Part shown: piece by piece, positions 26,019 through 36,152 of the stretch
How the letters are laid out: each line of letters begins with the position of its first letter
Position numbering within the stretch: position 1 is the stretch's first letter
Assembly (NCBI GenBank): GCA_934169925.1
Contig: CAKPOO010000001.1
Coordinates: 90,383-154,382 of the forward strand
Direction of reading: 5' to 3'
Source of the DNA: an uncultured Clostridia bacterium
Lineage (GTDB): Bacteria; Bacillota; Clostridia; TANB77; CAG-465
DNA length: 64,000 nt
Notes under the pieces: generated by a model
What the model was told of the DNA's origin: nothing
Seen by the model: only the letters and a program-made list of their open reading frames with translations
The model's database searches: none
Made by a program: the position numbers and the translations under genes

Positions 26019-26600
26019 ATGCAATTAAAAAATTTGAATGTTGGACTAGGTATAACCGGCTCTTTTTGCAATTTTAAATATGTAAGAGATATTATTGAGG
26101 ATTTAAAAAGGCAAGAGGTAAAAAATATAATTCCTATTGTTTCATATAATGTAAAAAATTTAGATACAAGATTTTATAAAGCGCAAGATTTTATAAAAAT
26201 GTTGGAAGAAACTACAGAAAATAAAGTAATAGATAGTATTGTAAAAGCTGAACCGATTGGTCCAAAGAATTTAATAGATGTTTTGATAATTTGTCCATGT
26301 ACAGGTAATACACTTGGAAAAATTGTAAATGCAATAACTGATACACCAGTGACAATGGCGGTAAAATCACATATTAGAAATAACAAACCAGTTGTTATTG
26401 GAATATCAACTAATGATGCTATGGGGTATACATTTGAAAATATTGGAAAATGTTTAAATACTAAAAATTTCTATTTTATACCATTTAGGCAAGATGATTT
26501 TTTGGCAAAACCTAAATCTTTGGTTTTTGATAGTAATCATTTAATTGAAGCAACAATGCAGGCAATGGATAATAAACAAATAGAGCCTATTATTTTATAA
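26019..26600 (+). CDS. spoVFB: dipicolinate synthase subunit B-like flavoprotein
   Basis: GITGSFC N-terminus. The block DSIVKAEPIGPK...TGNTLGKIVNAITDTPVTMAVKSHIRNNKPVVIGISTNDA...FIPFRQDD closely resembles remembered B. subtilis SpoVFB. Confidence 0.7.
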   Translation: MQLKNLNVGLGITGSFCNFKYVRDIIEDLKRQEVKNIIPIVSYNVKNLDTRFYKAQDFIKMLEETTENKVIDSIVKAEPIGPKNLIDVLIICPCTGNTLGKIVNAITDTPVTMAVKSHIRNNKPVVIGISTNDAMGYTFENIGKCLNTKNFYFIPFRQDDFLAKPKSLVFDSNHLIEATMQAMDNKQIEPIIL

Positions 26601-26640
26601 TAAAAAACAGCCACTAGAAATATCTAGTGGCTGGAATTTG
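26601..26640. terminator. hairpin terminator, best T-run on the minus strand (serves the 26683-27117 gene)
   Basis: CAGCCACTAG-AAATAT-CTAGTGGCTG, flanked by an A-run on the + strand. Confidence 0.65.
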
Positions 26641-26682
26641 CTATTTTAATAATAAATAAAATAAAGTATAGTAATAAAAAAA

Positions 26683-27117
26683 TTAGTACTTACTACAAAC
26701 GTAGTTGTAAAGATTTACTATTGTGCGTTTTCCTGCAGCTTTCTTAAAATCGCCTTCACCTGAAATGGTCTTCTTAGTTTTCTTTAAAACCTCGTAGTCA
26801 AATGTTGGTTTGGAAATTAATTTTCCAAGCGTATCTCCTGAAAGTTTGAATAAGCTTGTATTGTCAGACAATTTCTTTAATTCCAAAGAAATTAATTCAC
26901 CTTTACTAAAAGTCGCAAAGACTACGTAATCAAAGTGAACTGTTGTTGGTAAAGCTTTCTTTGAAGTTTTTACTTCTTTTCTTAATTTCTTTTCATTTGC
27001 CATAGTGCAAAACAAGATATCATCAGCATCAAAGAAGTTTGCAAAATAAACTCGCTTTAGCTGTTTCTTTTCTTTTGAATCTTTTTCCAATACTTCATCC
27101 TTTAACTGTTGTGTCAT
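26683..27117 (-). CDS. hypothetical protein (144 aa)
   Basis: AGGAGG RBS before ATG 27117. TTGACA-17-TACAAT promoter on the minus strand. Terminator hairpin at 26608-26633. Codon style enriched in AAG/CTT. Confidence 0.65.
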   Translation of the reverse strand: MTQQLKDEVLEKDSKEKKQLKRVYFANFFDADDILFCTMANEKKLRKEVKTSKKALPTTVHFDYVVFATFSKGELISLELKKLSDNTSLFKLSGDTLGKLISKPTFDYEVLKKTKKTISGEGDFKKAAGKRTIVNLYNYVCSKY

Positions 27118-27318
27118 AACTAAACCTCCTGCAAAAATAATCATAAAGTGTAAATTTACCTTTATCTAGTTTATAAGTTACATAAATTATTGTAACATAG
27201 TAATTAAAAAATGTCAAATGAATAATACCCTAATTTTTACATATTTTTTACAAATTTAACTTTTAAATTAATTCCATATATGATATAATTCTATGAGTTA
27301 AAGGAAGGAAGAAAATAT

Positions 27319-28635
27319 ATGAATTTAGGACTTGTAACTTTAGGATGTTCAAAAAATCAAGTTGATAGTGAAGTAATGCTTGGATTTTTTAAAAGTAAGG
27401 GCTTTAATATTGTAAATAATCCAGAAGAAGCTGAAGTAATTGTGGTTAATACTTGTGGTTTTATTGAATCAGCAAAAAAAGAAGCTATTGATACTATTTT
27501 TGAAATGGCTGATTATAAACAATATGGAATATGCAAATATCTTATTGTAACAGGATGTTTAGTTAAAAGATATAAAAAAGATATTTTAAAATTAATGCCT
27601 GAAGTAGATCTTTGTATTGGTAATGACGAATATGATAAATTCGATACTATTTTTTCAGATTTTTTTAAACTTAATTTACCTTGTAAAAAATTAAATTTCG
27701 GTGATAGACTTATTTCTACAAAATTTCCAATGGCGTATGTAAAAATTTCAGATGGTTGTGATAATAGATGTACTTATTGTGCAATACCTTCAATAAGAGG
27801 AAATCATAGAAGTAGAAAAATGGAAGATATTGTAGATGAGGTAAAAATGCTTGCATCCCAAGGAATAAGCGAGATTTGTTTAATTGCTCAAGATACAACA
27901 AAATATGGTGTAGATTTATATGGAAAATATATGCTTACAGAATTAATAAGAAAAATTTCTGAAATTGAAGGTATAAAATGGATAAAAATATTATATATGT
28001 ATTTATATGAGGTTACAGATGAATTAATAGAAGAAATTAAAAATAATGATAAAGTTGCAAAATATTTTGATGTACCTATTCAACATATAGATGACGATAT
28101 TTTAAAAGCGATGAATAGACATGATACAAGTAAAATTATATATGATACTATAGAAAAAATCAGAAAAAATATACCAAATGCAATTTTAAGAACAACTGTT
28201 ATAACTGGATTTCCTGGTGAAACAGATGAAAATTTTGAACATTTATATAATGCAGTAAAAAGTATAAAATTTGATAGATTGGGCGGATTTACATATTCTC
28301 AAGAAGAAGGTACAAGAAGTGCTGAATTTAAAAATCAAATTGATGAGAAAGTAAAAAAAGATAGATTAGATAAAATATTAAAGGCTCAACAAGAAATTTC
28401 ATTAGAAAAAATGAAAGAAAGAATTGGTGAAAAGACAGAAGTAATTGTTTATGATATTTCAGAAGATGAAAAATATTTTGTTTGTAGATCTATAAAAGAA
28501 GCACCAGATGTTGATGGCAATATTTATATCGAAATTAATGAAGAAACGGCAAATAAAGTTGTTATTGGTGAGTATTGTAATGTTCAAATCATCGATAATA
28601 ACGAGTATGATTTATTTGCCAAATTAGCTTATTAG
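27319..28635 (+). CDS. rimO: ribosomal protein S12 methylthiotransferase
   Basis: UPF0004 N-domain (LGCSKNQVDSE), radical SAM CxxxCxxC (CDNRCTYC), C-terminal TRAM domain. About 438 aa. Confidence 0.85.
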   Translation: MNLGLVTLGCSKNQVDSEVMLGFFKSKGFNIVNNPEEAEVIVVNTCGFIESAKKEAIDTIFEMADYKQYGICKYLIVTGCLVKRYKKDILKLMPEVDLCIGNDEYDKFDTIFSDFFKLNLPCKKLNFGDRLISTKFPMAYVKISDGCDNRCTYCAIPSIRGNHRSRKMEDIVDEVKMLASQGISEICLIAQDTTKYGVDLYGKYMLTELIRKISEIEGIKWIKILYMYLYEVTDELIEEIKNNDKVAKYFDVPIQHIDDDILKAMNRHDTSKIIYDTIEKIRKNIPNAILRTTVITGFPGETDENFEHLYNAVKSIKFDRLGGFTYSQEEGTRSAEFKNQIDEKVKKDRLDKILKAQQEISLEKMKERIGEKTEVIVYDISEDEKYFVCRSIKEAPDVDGNIYIEINEETANKVVIGEYCNVQIIDNNEYDLFAKLAY

Positions 28636-28645
28636 GAGGTAAATT

Positions 28646-29971
28646 TTGTATAGTAAAGAAAAATTAAAGAGTTCTACTTTGACTCAATTAAGACAAATAG
28701 CAGATGATTTAAAAATTGATGGTTATCAAAGATTAAAAAAAGAATACTTAATAGAAGAAATTATTAAAAATTTAGAAGATAGCAATAGCTTAGAAGAAAA
28801 AATTGATATTCAAATTGAAAATCCAGAAACAGATTATATTGCAGAGGGAATATTAGAAGTTATGCCTGATGGATATGGATTTTTAAGAAGTGATAATTAC
28901 TTACCTGGAGATAAAGATATATATGTATCACAAACTCAAATAAAAAGATTTAAACTTTCAACAGGTGATATGCTAAAAGGAATTGCTAGATTTACAACTG
29001 ATCCACAAAATAAATTTCCATCTCTTATATATATTGATAAAATAAATTCTGATAGAGTAGAAGTTGCTCTAAAAAGAAAAAATTTTGATGCTTTAATACC
29101 AATTTATCCAACCGATAGATTGATTCTTGAAACAGATACTAAAAATTTTTCTACAAGAATTATTGATATAATAGCACCAATAGGTAAAGGACAACGTGGA
29201 TTAATAGTTGCGCAACCAAAAGCTGGTAAAACAACACTTTTAAAGCAAATAGCAAATGGAATATTAACTAATAATAAAAATGTTAAGCTAATGGTATTAT
29301 TAATTGATGAAAGACCAGAAGAAGTTACAGATATAGAAAGATCAATTGATGCAGAGGTTATTCATTCAACTTTTGATGAGTCACCAGAACATCATATAAA
29401 AGTTGCAAAAATGGTTTTAGAAAGAGCAAAAAGATTAGTTGAACATGATAAAGATGTAGTTATTTTACTTGATAGTATCACAAGACTTACAAGAGCAAGT
29501 AATTTAACTGTAGATCCAAGTGGTAGAACTTTATCAGGTGGTCTTGATCCTGCTTGCTTGTATTTTCCTAAAAAGTTTTTTGGTGCTGCTAGAAATATTG
29601 AAAATGGTGGAAGTTTAACAATACTTGCAACTGCTCTTACAGATACTGGTAGCAGGATGGATGATATTATATTTGAAGAATTTAAAGGTACAGGAAATAT
29701 GGAAATACATCTTGATAGAAAATTAACAGAAAGAAGAATATTTCCAAGTATTGATATATATAAGTCTGGAACTAGAAGAGATGATTTACTACTTTCAAAA
29801 GATGAACAAGAATGTGGAACTTATATAAGAAGATTAATGTCACAAGGTAATACATCATCTTGTAATGTAGAGATGATGGAAAAAATATTAAATATAATTA
29901 CAAAAACAAAGAATAATAAAGAATTTGTTGAAGTTTTTTTAGAAAATATGAGAAAAAAATCTAATAAATAA
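28646..29971 (+). CDS. rho: transcription termination factor Rho
   Basis: Rho N-terminal and RNA-binding domains. Walker A AQPKAGKTTLL. RecA-like core. TTG start after AGGAGG. Confidence 0.95.
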   Translation: MYSKEKLKSSTLTQLRQIADDLKIDGYQRLKKEYLIEEIIKNLEDSNSLEEKIDIQIENPETDYIAEGILEVMPDGYGFLRSDNYLPGDKDIYVSQTQIKRFKLSTGDMLKGIARFTTDPQNKFPSLIYIDKINSDRVEVALKRKNFDALIPIYPTDRLILETDTKNFSTRIIDIIAPIGKGQRGLIVAQPKAGKTTLLKQIANGILTNNKNVKLMVLLIDERPEEVTDIERSIDAEVIHSTFDESPEHHIKVAKMVLERAKRLVEHDKDVVILLDSITRLTRASNLTVDPSGRTLSGGLDPACLYFPKKFFGAARNIENGGSLTILATALTDTGSRMDDIIFEEFKGTGNMEIHLDRKLTERRIFPSIDIYKSGTRRDDLLLSKDEQECGTYIRRLMSQGNTSSCNVEMMEKILNIITKTKNNKEFVEVFLENMRKKSNK

Positions 29972-29999
29972 AAGTAAAAATATAAAAGAGGGATAATAT

Positions 30000-31649
30000 A
30001 TGAATAGGAAAATAAAGGTTATTTTTGAAGATGAAAGGCAAATAGAAGTTGATTATAAAACACCTGCTATTGAAGCTGTAAAAATGGTACAAGGTGACGT
30101 AAATAAAATTCTTGCTTTAAATATAAATAATGAAGTAAAAGGATATGATTACGAACTTGTTAAAGATGCAAATTATATAAAATTTATAGAATATCAATCA
30201 GAAGATGGATATAGAATATATTCTAGAACTTTAAAAATGATTTTATATATGGCACTTACTTCTTTGTATTCTAATGCAAATGTTGATTTTATTGCTACAA
30301 TAAACAAAGATCAGTATTTTGTAACAAAGGATATGAAATTAACACCATTCAAAATAGAAAAAATAAAAGAAAAAATGAAAGAAATCATAAAAAAAGATTT
30401 ACCAATTGTAAAAAAAGTGATTTCATTAGAAGAAGCAGAAGTTTTATATACAGCATCTAATGATCTTGAAAAATTAGATGCATATAAAAATAAATTAACT
30501 AATTATATTAGCATATATTTTTGTGATGGAATGTATAATTATTTTTATGGTAGACTTGCTCCAAGTACGGGATATACTAGTATATTTGATTTAGTACCAT
30601 ATAAAGATGGGGCAGTCTTAGTATTTCCAGATAAAAATTGGAATGTAAAAAAAGATATTACAGAAGATAGAATGTATGAATCATATATTAATTGCAACAA
30701 ATTAAATGATATTATAGGTGTAAAAAATGTTGGACAATTAAATAAAGCAATTTTAAATGATAAATCAAGTCAAATTATACAAGTATGTGAAGCAATTCAT
30801 CAAAGAAAAATGGTTGAAATTGCTTTAGATATAGAAAAAAGAAAAAATATAAAAATGATTTTAATTGCAGGTCCATCTTCTTCTGGAAAAACAACTTTTG
30901 CACAAAAATTAGGTGTACAATTAAGACTTACAGGGTATAATCCTATTACAATTTCAATGGATAATTATTTTAAAGAAAGAGTTGATACTCCACTTGATGA
31001 AGAAGGAAAATATGACTTTGAGACTGTAGATGCTCTTGATATTGAATTATTTAATACACAAATGAGAGATTTAATAGCCGGAAAAACTGTTGAATTGCCA
31101 GAGTTTGATTTTTATGAAGGTAAGAAAAAATATAACGGAAAATATTTAAAATTAAATAAAAATGATATATTAGTTGTTGAAGGAATTCATGCATTAAATC
31201 CAATACTTACAGAATTTACACCAGCAGAAAATAAATATAAAATATACATTGCACCTGTTGCAGCAATTAATATGGATGGATATACAAAAGCTTCATCTTC
31301 TGATATTAGATTAATAAGAAGAATGGTAAGAGATTATGCTACACGTGGACATAGTGTTGAAAGAACTTTCGAACTTTGGAAGAATGTAAAAAGAGGAGAA
31401 GAAAAATATATTTTCCCATTTGTAAATACAGTAGATTTTGTTTTTAATTCAAGTCTTGCATATGAAACAAGTGTAATAAAAACTTTTGCTCAACCACTTT
31501 TACTACAAGTTGACAAAGATAGCAAATACTATGGAGAGGCAAGAAGACTATATGAACAATTAAATTATTATTTACCTATGGAAACAGGAAATGTTCCAAT
31601 TGATTCTATAATTCGTGAGTTTATAGGAAATGGATGCTTTTATAGATAA
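30000..31649 (+). CDS. uridine/nucleoside kinase family protein with N-terminal TGS/ThrRS-N-like extension
   Basis: P-loop GPSSSGKTT in the C-terminal half with a PRK/uridine-kinase-like fold. The N-terminal 250 aa or so resemble ThrRS N-domains. Confidence 0.75.
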   Translation: MNRKIKVIFEDERQIEVDYKTPAIEAVKMVQGDVNKILALNINNEVKGYDYELVKDANYIKFIEYQSEDGYRIYSRTLKMILYMALTSLYSNANVDFIATINKDQYFVTKDMKLTPFKIEKIKEKMKEIIKKDLPIVKKVISLEEAEVLYTASNDLEKLDAYKNKLTNYISIYFCDGMYNYFYGRLAPSTGYTSIFDLVPYKDGAVLVFPDKNWNVKKDITEDRMYESYINCNKLNDIIGVKNVGQLNKAILNDKSSQIIQVCEAIHQRKMVEIALDIEKRKNIKMILIAGPSSSGKTTFAQKLGVQLRLTGYNPITISMDNYFKERVDTPLDEEGKYDFETVDALDIELFNTQMRDLIAGKTVELPEFDFYEGKKKYNGKYLKLNKNDILVVEGIHALNPILTEFTPAENKYKIYIAPVAAINMDGYTKASSSDIRLIRRMVRDYATRGHSVERTFELWKNVKRGEEKYIFPFVNTVDFVFNSSLAYETSVIKTFAQPLLLQVDKDSKYYGEARRLYEQLNYYLPMETGNVPIDSIIREFIGNGCFYR

Positions 31650-31743
31650 AATGTTAAACTTTAAAGATAGTAGGTTTATGCTTACTATCTTTATTGATAT
31701 TTTACATATTTTATGTTAAAATGTATTCATTGAGGTTTTATTT

Positions 31744-32055
31744 ATGTTTATAAAAAACGATAATGAATTTGTTTGTATTAATTGTGGAAAGAAAGTAGAA
31801 AAACTTGGATATACATCTAGAGATCATTGTAATCATTGCTTATATTCTGTACATGTAGATATTATGCCAGGGGACAGATTAAATGATTGTAAAGGTATTT
31901 TAGAGCCTATAAATGTTATACAAACATCTAAAAAAGGAAAAGTGATAATTTATAGATGCAAAAAATGTAATAAAGAATTAAGAAATATAGTTGCATCAGA
32001 TGATGATGAAAATGTAATTTATGATATTATAAAAAAATATTCAAAAGGAGTTTAA
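31744..32055 (+). CDS. RNHCP-domain zinc-ribbon protein
   Basis: CINCG...RDHCNHCLYSVHVD...CKKC Cys pattern. Confidence 0.7.
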   Translation: MFIKNDNEFVCINCGKKVEKLGYTSRDHCNHCLYSVHVDIMPGDRLNDCKGILEPINVIQTSKKGKVIIYRCKKCNKELRNIVASDDDENVIYDIIKKYSKGV

Positions 32056-32056
32056 A

Positions 32057-33775
32057 ATGGAAGAAATAAAAAAATATATAGCAAGTAAAATATTTGAAGC
32101 TGTACAAAATCCTGATATTTTATTAGATGATATTTATGCAAAAATAGAAGTACCTAAAGAAAAATCAAATGGAGATTTTGCATACCCTTGTTTTATGCTT
32201 GCAAAAGTATTAAGAAATTCACCAATAAATATAGCAAATGATATAAAATCAAAAATAAAATTAGATGAAAGAATTGAAAAAGTAGAAGTAGTAAGTGGTT
32301 ATTTGAATTTTTATTTAAACAATTCAAATGTAGTTTGTAATACTATATTAGATATTTTAAATAAAAAAAATCTTTATGGTACATCTAATATAGGAAAAGG
32401 TGAAACTGTTTGTATAGATGATTCTTCTCCAAATATTGCAAAGCCTTTTCATTTAGGACATTTAAGAACAACAATTATAGGTAGAACGCTATATAATTTA
32501 TATAAAGCTCTAGGGTATAATGTTGTTGGAATTAATTACTTAGGTGATTGGGGAAGACAATTTGGACTTGTTATTGAGGGATATAAGAGATTTAAAGATG
32601 AATATGATTTAGAAAAAGATCCACTACATGCTTTATCTGATATGTATGTAAGAGCTAATAGACTTGCAACAGAAGATGAACAAGTTATGAATGCTGCAAG
32701 AGAAAATTTCAAAAAATTAGAAGAAGGAAATGAAGACTATTTAAAACTTTGGAAATACTTTAGAGATTTATCTTTAAAAGAATATAACAAAATATACGAT
32801 TTACTAGGTTGTAAATTTGATTCATATAATGGAGAAGCATATTATAATGATAAAATGCAAGAAGTTATTGATATATTAGACAAAAAAGGCGTATTAAAGG
32901 ATAGTCAAGGTGCAAAAGTTGTTTATTTATCAGAAAATGAACCACCATGTATTATAGTAAAATCAAATGGTTCTACAATATATGCAACTAGAGATCTTGC
33001 TGCAATACTTGATAGATCTAGAACTTATGACTATACAAAATCAATATATGTAACTTCATATGAACAAATACATCATTTTGATCAATTATTTAGAGTTGCA
33101 AAAAATATTGTAGATGAAAAATATACAAAAGGTTTAATACATGTTCCTTATGGAATGGTTAGATTAAAAACTGGAAAAATGTCTACAAGAGAAGGTACTG
33201 TAATCTATTTACAAGATTTAATAAATGATGCTATAAAGAAAGCTTTAGATGTTATTGAAAATAAAAATGTTGATGTAGAAGATAAAGAAAAATTAGCAAA
33301 ACAGATAGGTATTGGAGCTTTAGTATTTAATGATTTAAAGCATAGTAAAATAAAAGATGTAGTTTTTGATCTTGATGAAGTTATTAGCTTTGATGGTGAA
33401 ACTGGTCCATATGTTCAATATACATATGTTAGAATGATGTCAATATTAAAAAAAGCTGGATTTGATATGGAAAAGATAAATTTAGATGATTTAGAACTTT
33501 CTTTATTAAATACAGATGCTGAGGTATCTCTTATAAAAGAACTAGAAAAATTACCAAAAGTAATAAAGAGGGCTACTGATGAATCTGAACCTTCAATATT
33601 AACAAGATATATAATAGATGTTGCATCTGATTTTTCAACATTTTATTCAAAATGTCCTGTTATTGTAGAAGATGAAAAAATAAAAAATGCTAGATGTGCG
33701 CTTGTATATGCAACAAGTGTAGTAATTAAAAAAGGACTTGATATATTAGGAATTGAAACTCCTGAAAAAATGTAG
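32057..33775 (+). CDS. argS: arginine--tRNA ligase
   Basis: Class I HIGH-like motif (PFHLGHLRTT), MSTREG motif, C-terminal DALR anticodon-binding domain. Confidence 0.95.
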   Translation: MEEIKKYIASKIFEAVQNPDILLDDIYAKIEVPKEKSNGDFAYPCFMLAKVLRNSPINIANDIKSKIKLDERIEKVEVVSGYLNFYLNNSNVVCNTILDILNKKNLYGTSNIGKGETVCIDDSSPNIAKPFHLGHLRTTIIGRTLYNLYKALGYNVVGINYLGDWGRQFGLVIEGYKRFKDEYDLEKDPLHALSDMYVRANRLATEDEQVMNAARENFKKLEEGNEDYLKLWKYFRDLSLKEYNKIYDLLGCKFDSYNGEAYYNDKMQEVIDILDKKGVLKDSQGAKVVYLSENEPPCIIVKSNGSTIYATRDLAAILDRSRTYDYTKSIYVTSYEQIHHFDQLFRVAKNIVDEKYTKGLIHVPYGMVRLKTGKMSTREGTVIYLQDLINDAIKKALDVIENKNVDVEDKEKLAKQIGIGALVFNDLKHSKIKDVVFDLDEVISFDGETGPYVQYTYVRMMSILKKAGFDMEKINLDDLELSLLNTDAEVSLIKELEKLPKVIKRATDESEPSILTRYIIDVASDFSTFYSKCPVIVEDEKIKNARCALVYATSVVIKKGLDILGIETPEKM

Positions 33776-33806
33776 AGATAGTATTTATACTGTCTCTTTT
33801 TATTTT
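33775..33806 (+). terminator. argS terminator
   Basis: GAGATAGTA-TTTA-TACTGTCTC followed by a T-run. Confidence 0.65.
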
Positions 33807-33905
33807 TTATTTTACATAATTGTTGACATAATATGCAAATTATGTTATACTATAGTTGTAGCAATTTAAAAGCTAAAAAAATAATTTTTTAAGGAGAATA
33901 CATAT

Positions 33906-34232
33906 ATGAGTAAAAATATGGATTTAAAACAGATTAAGGGAGAATTTGAAAATAATGTTGGACAGGAAGTTAAAAAGATTTTAAGAAATGGCATTGTAAA
34001 TGTTGAGTATGAAGATGAAGAGTTTGTTGCATATAAGGATATAAACTTAAAAGATGGTGAAGCTTGTATAAAGTTATCCTTTAAAGAGGTAAATGGTACT
34101 AATCTTTCATACATTTCATTTCCAAATTTGCCAATGCTTGGCAGATATCCGATGGCGGCAATATCAGGGTATAAAGGCAGAGTTGTGTTAAACTGCACTA
34201 ACTTGAGAAAAAATGTTGTTTTTGAATTCTAA
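33906..34232 (+). CDS. hypothetical protein (108 aa)
   Basis: TTGACA-17-TATACT promoter (33823-33851) and AAGGAG RBS. Preferred over the antisense ORF 33866-34198, which has no such signals. Confidence 0.6.
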   Translation: MSKNMDLKQIKGEFENNVGQEVKKILRNGIVNVEYEDEEFVAYKDINLKDGEACIKLSFKEVNGTNLSYISFPNLPMLGRYPMAAISGYKGRVVLNCTNLRKNVVFEF

Positions 34233-34266
34233 AAAGAGGGCGTGCAAATATTATTTTGCATGCCCT
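34231..34266. terminator. hairpin between convergent genes, T-run on the minus strand
   Basis: AGGGCGTGCAAA-TATTAT-TTTGCATGCCCT. Confidence 0.65.
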
Positions 34267-34274
34267 TAAAACTT

Positions 34275-34556
34275 TTATATAAAGTATTTAGTTAATAAAA
34301 AGTATGTAATAATTATATTAAGTATAATAAGAAGAGGGATACCTATTACAAATTTTAAGTGTTTGGTTTTATGTCTAAAAATTTGCATTGCAAGATATTC
34401 ACCTGGTGCACCTAAAATAAAAGCAAGAATAAATAAACTTTTTTCACTAATTCTGTACATATTGTTTTTTGCATAAAATTTATCAAGTCCTGTAAATAAA
34501 AAAGATATAATATTTATAACTATAATATATAAAATAAAAAAATGTAAACTTGTCAT
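34275..34556 (-). CDS. DUF1294-family membrane protein
   Basis: LDKFYAK..RISEK.L...A..GG-like pattern and RHKTKH, with three TM helices. Confidence 0.7.
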   Translation of the reverse strand: MTSLHFFILYIIVINIISFLFTGLDKFYAKNNMYRISEKSLFILAFILGAPGEYLAMQIFRHKTKHLKFVIGIPLLIILNIIITYFLLTKYFI

Positions 34557-34643
34557 ATAATCACCTTAAAGGTATTATATCAGAATAAATTTAAAATAAC
34601 AAATAAAAACCAGTACAATTTTTCGTACTGGTCTTTTTTAGAA

Positions 34644-35300
34644 CTATTCTTCAGAATCAAGGTCAACATTTACAAGCTTTTTTATTTTTTTGAAAATGTT
34701 AAGCTCGAAGTCATCGTTTTCAGCTGGAATATCAAAAAGCAACAAAGCAATTAAGAAATCTTTTTCATCAAATTTTTCAAGATTGCTTCTGTAAATGTGC
34801 ATGAAGCTTTCCTGATAAGTAATTTCAAGGATTAAAAATTCAGTAATTGCACTTTTTTTAGCATAATCTAATGTATCGTTAAATAACTCATATACAATTT
34901 TTAAGTTATTTATACGATTTATGATTTTACTATTTTTAATACCAAGCTGCTCTAACAAAAAAGCAATGCTTTTGTATCTAAAATCTTTGATAATCTTAGA
35001 ATAGTCAGAAATACGATCCAAATTTCTACTAATTGAATCCATATACATCTGATATTGCAATACCTCAAGTCTTGCTTTTTGGATAGATCTTTTTATTTTT
35101 GGATTTTCTAAAAGAGTGTCACTTAATGTTATTATATCATTTGTAACAGCATCAAGACTATTTCTGTGACTGTTTACTGCCTTTGAAATGCTCATATCCA
35201 TTTCTACAATTCTATCAATTCTTGCTTTACCAGAATTTGTCTTTGCAGCTAAAACTTCCTTTATAAGATCCTTTGTTGTTTTTTCGTTAGCATTTGCCAT
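34644..35300 (-). CDS. hypothetical protein (218 aa), predicted helical
   Basis: AAAGGAG RBS on the minus strand and a terminator hairpin at about 34600-34630. No family recognised. Confidence 0.65.
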   Translation of the reverse strand: MANANEKTTKDLIKEVLAAKTNSGKARIDRIVEMDMSISKAVNSHRNSLDAVTNDIITLSDTLLENPKIKRSIQKARLEVLQYQMYMDSISRNLDRISDYSKIIKDFRYKSIAFLLEQLGIKNSKIINRINNLKIVYELFNDTLDYAKKSAITEFLILEITYQESFMHIYRSNLEKFDEKDFLIALLLFDIPAENDDFELNIFKKIKKLVNVDLDSEE

Positions 35301-35482
35301 GATGAATTCTCCTTTTTATAATTATAAACTAGTCAAAATTTACTACAAAAATTATTATAACATAATATGCTTTAAAAATCAAATATATGTAATATATGTG
35401 GTTTACGATAACATAAATTGACATATTTTATTCTTGCTTTTAATATATCGGTATGATAAAATTTATGCATTGGTGATTTTTA

Positions 35483-36094
35483 ATGTTTGAAAAATTTGTA
35501 ATGTTATTTTTATATTTTTTTATTTATTCTATACTTGGATGGATTATGGAAGTAATCAGAGTTTTTATAGATACTAAAAAATTGGAAAAAAGAGGATTTT
35601 TAATAAGTCCATGTTGTCCAATATATGGCTGTGGAGCTTTAATAATAACGTACGTTTTTAAATTTTGCTTAAATAATCCATTTGAACTTTTTGTACTTTC
35701 GGTTATTTTTTGTAGTGTGTTAGAATATTTTACTAGTTATTTTCTTGAAAAATTATTTGGTGCAAGATGGTGGGACTATACAGATAAAAAATTTAATTTA
35801 AATGGAAGAATTTGCCTTATTAATAGTTTATTATTTGGTGTTATTTCAAGTGCAATAGTTTATTTTATAAATCCTTTGATAAAGTATTTGCTAAATTTAA
35901 TTCCAATTGATATTTTAAATAGTATTGCAATTGTTACATTTTTTATTTTTATGTGTGATAGTATAATTTCTTGTTTTATAATGGTAAAAATAAAATCTCT
36001 TAATTTAAAAAAGAAAAATGATAATACTTCTGAGATAACTAAAAAAGTAGATGAAATATTAAATGGTAGTGAGTGTTCAAAAAAGGTAGAATAG
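35483..36094 (+). CDS. polytopic membrane protein (PF06541-like, 'putative ABC-transporter type IV')
   Basis: N-terminal YFFIYSILGWIMEVI motif and 5-6 TM helices. Confidence 0.55.
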   Translation: MFEKFVMLFLYFFIYSILGWIMEVIRVFIDTKKLEKRGFLISPCCPIYGCGALIITYVFKFCLNNPFELFVLSVIFCSVLEYFTSYFLEKLFGARWWDYTDKKFNLNGRICLINSLLFGVISSAIVYFINPLIKYLLNLIPIDILNSIAIVTFFIFMCDSIISCFIMVKIKSLNLKKKNDNTSEITKKVDEILNGSECSKKVE

Positions 36095-36152
36095 TGTATA
36101 AATATAAAATAATAAAAAATATTATTATTTTTTTGATATTGGAGTGTTTTAA

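Noticed and set aside
33866-34198. 110-aa minus-strand ORF overlapping the 33906-34232 gene.
   Set aside because: Promoter, RBS and terminator signals all fit the + strand ORF. The minus-strand product is low-complexity and lacks an RBS.
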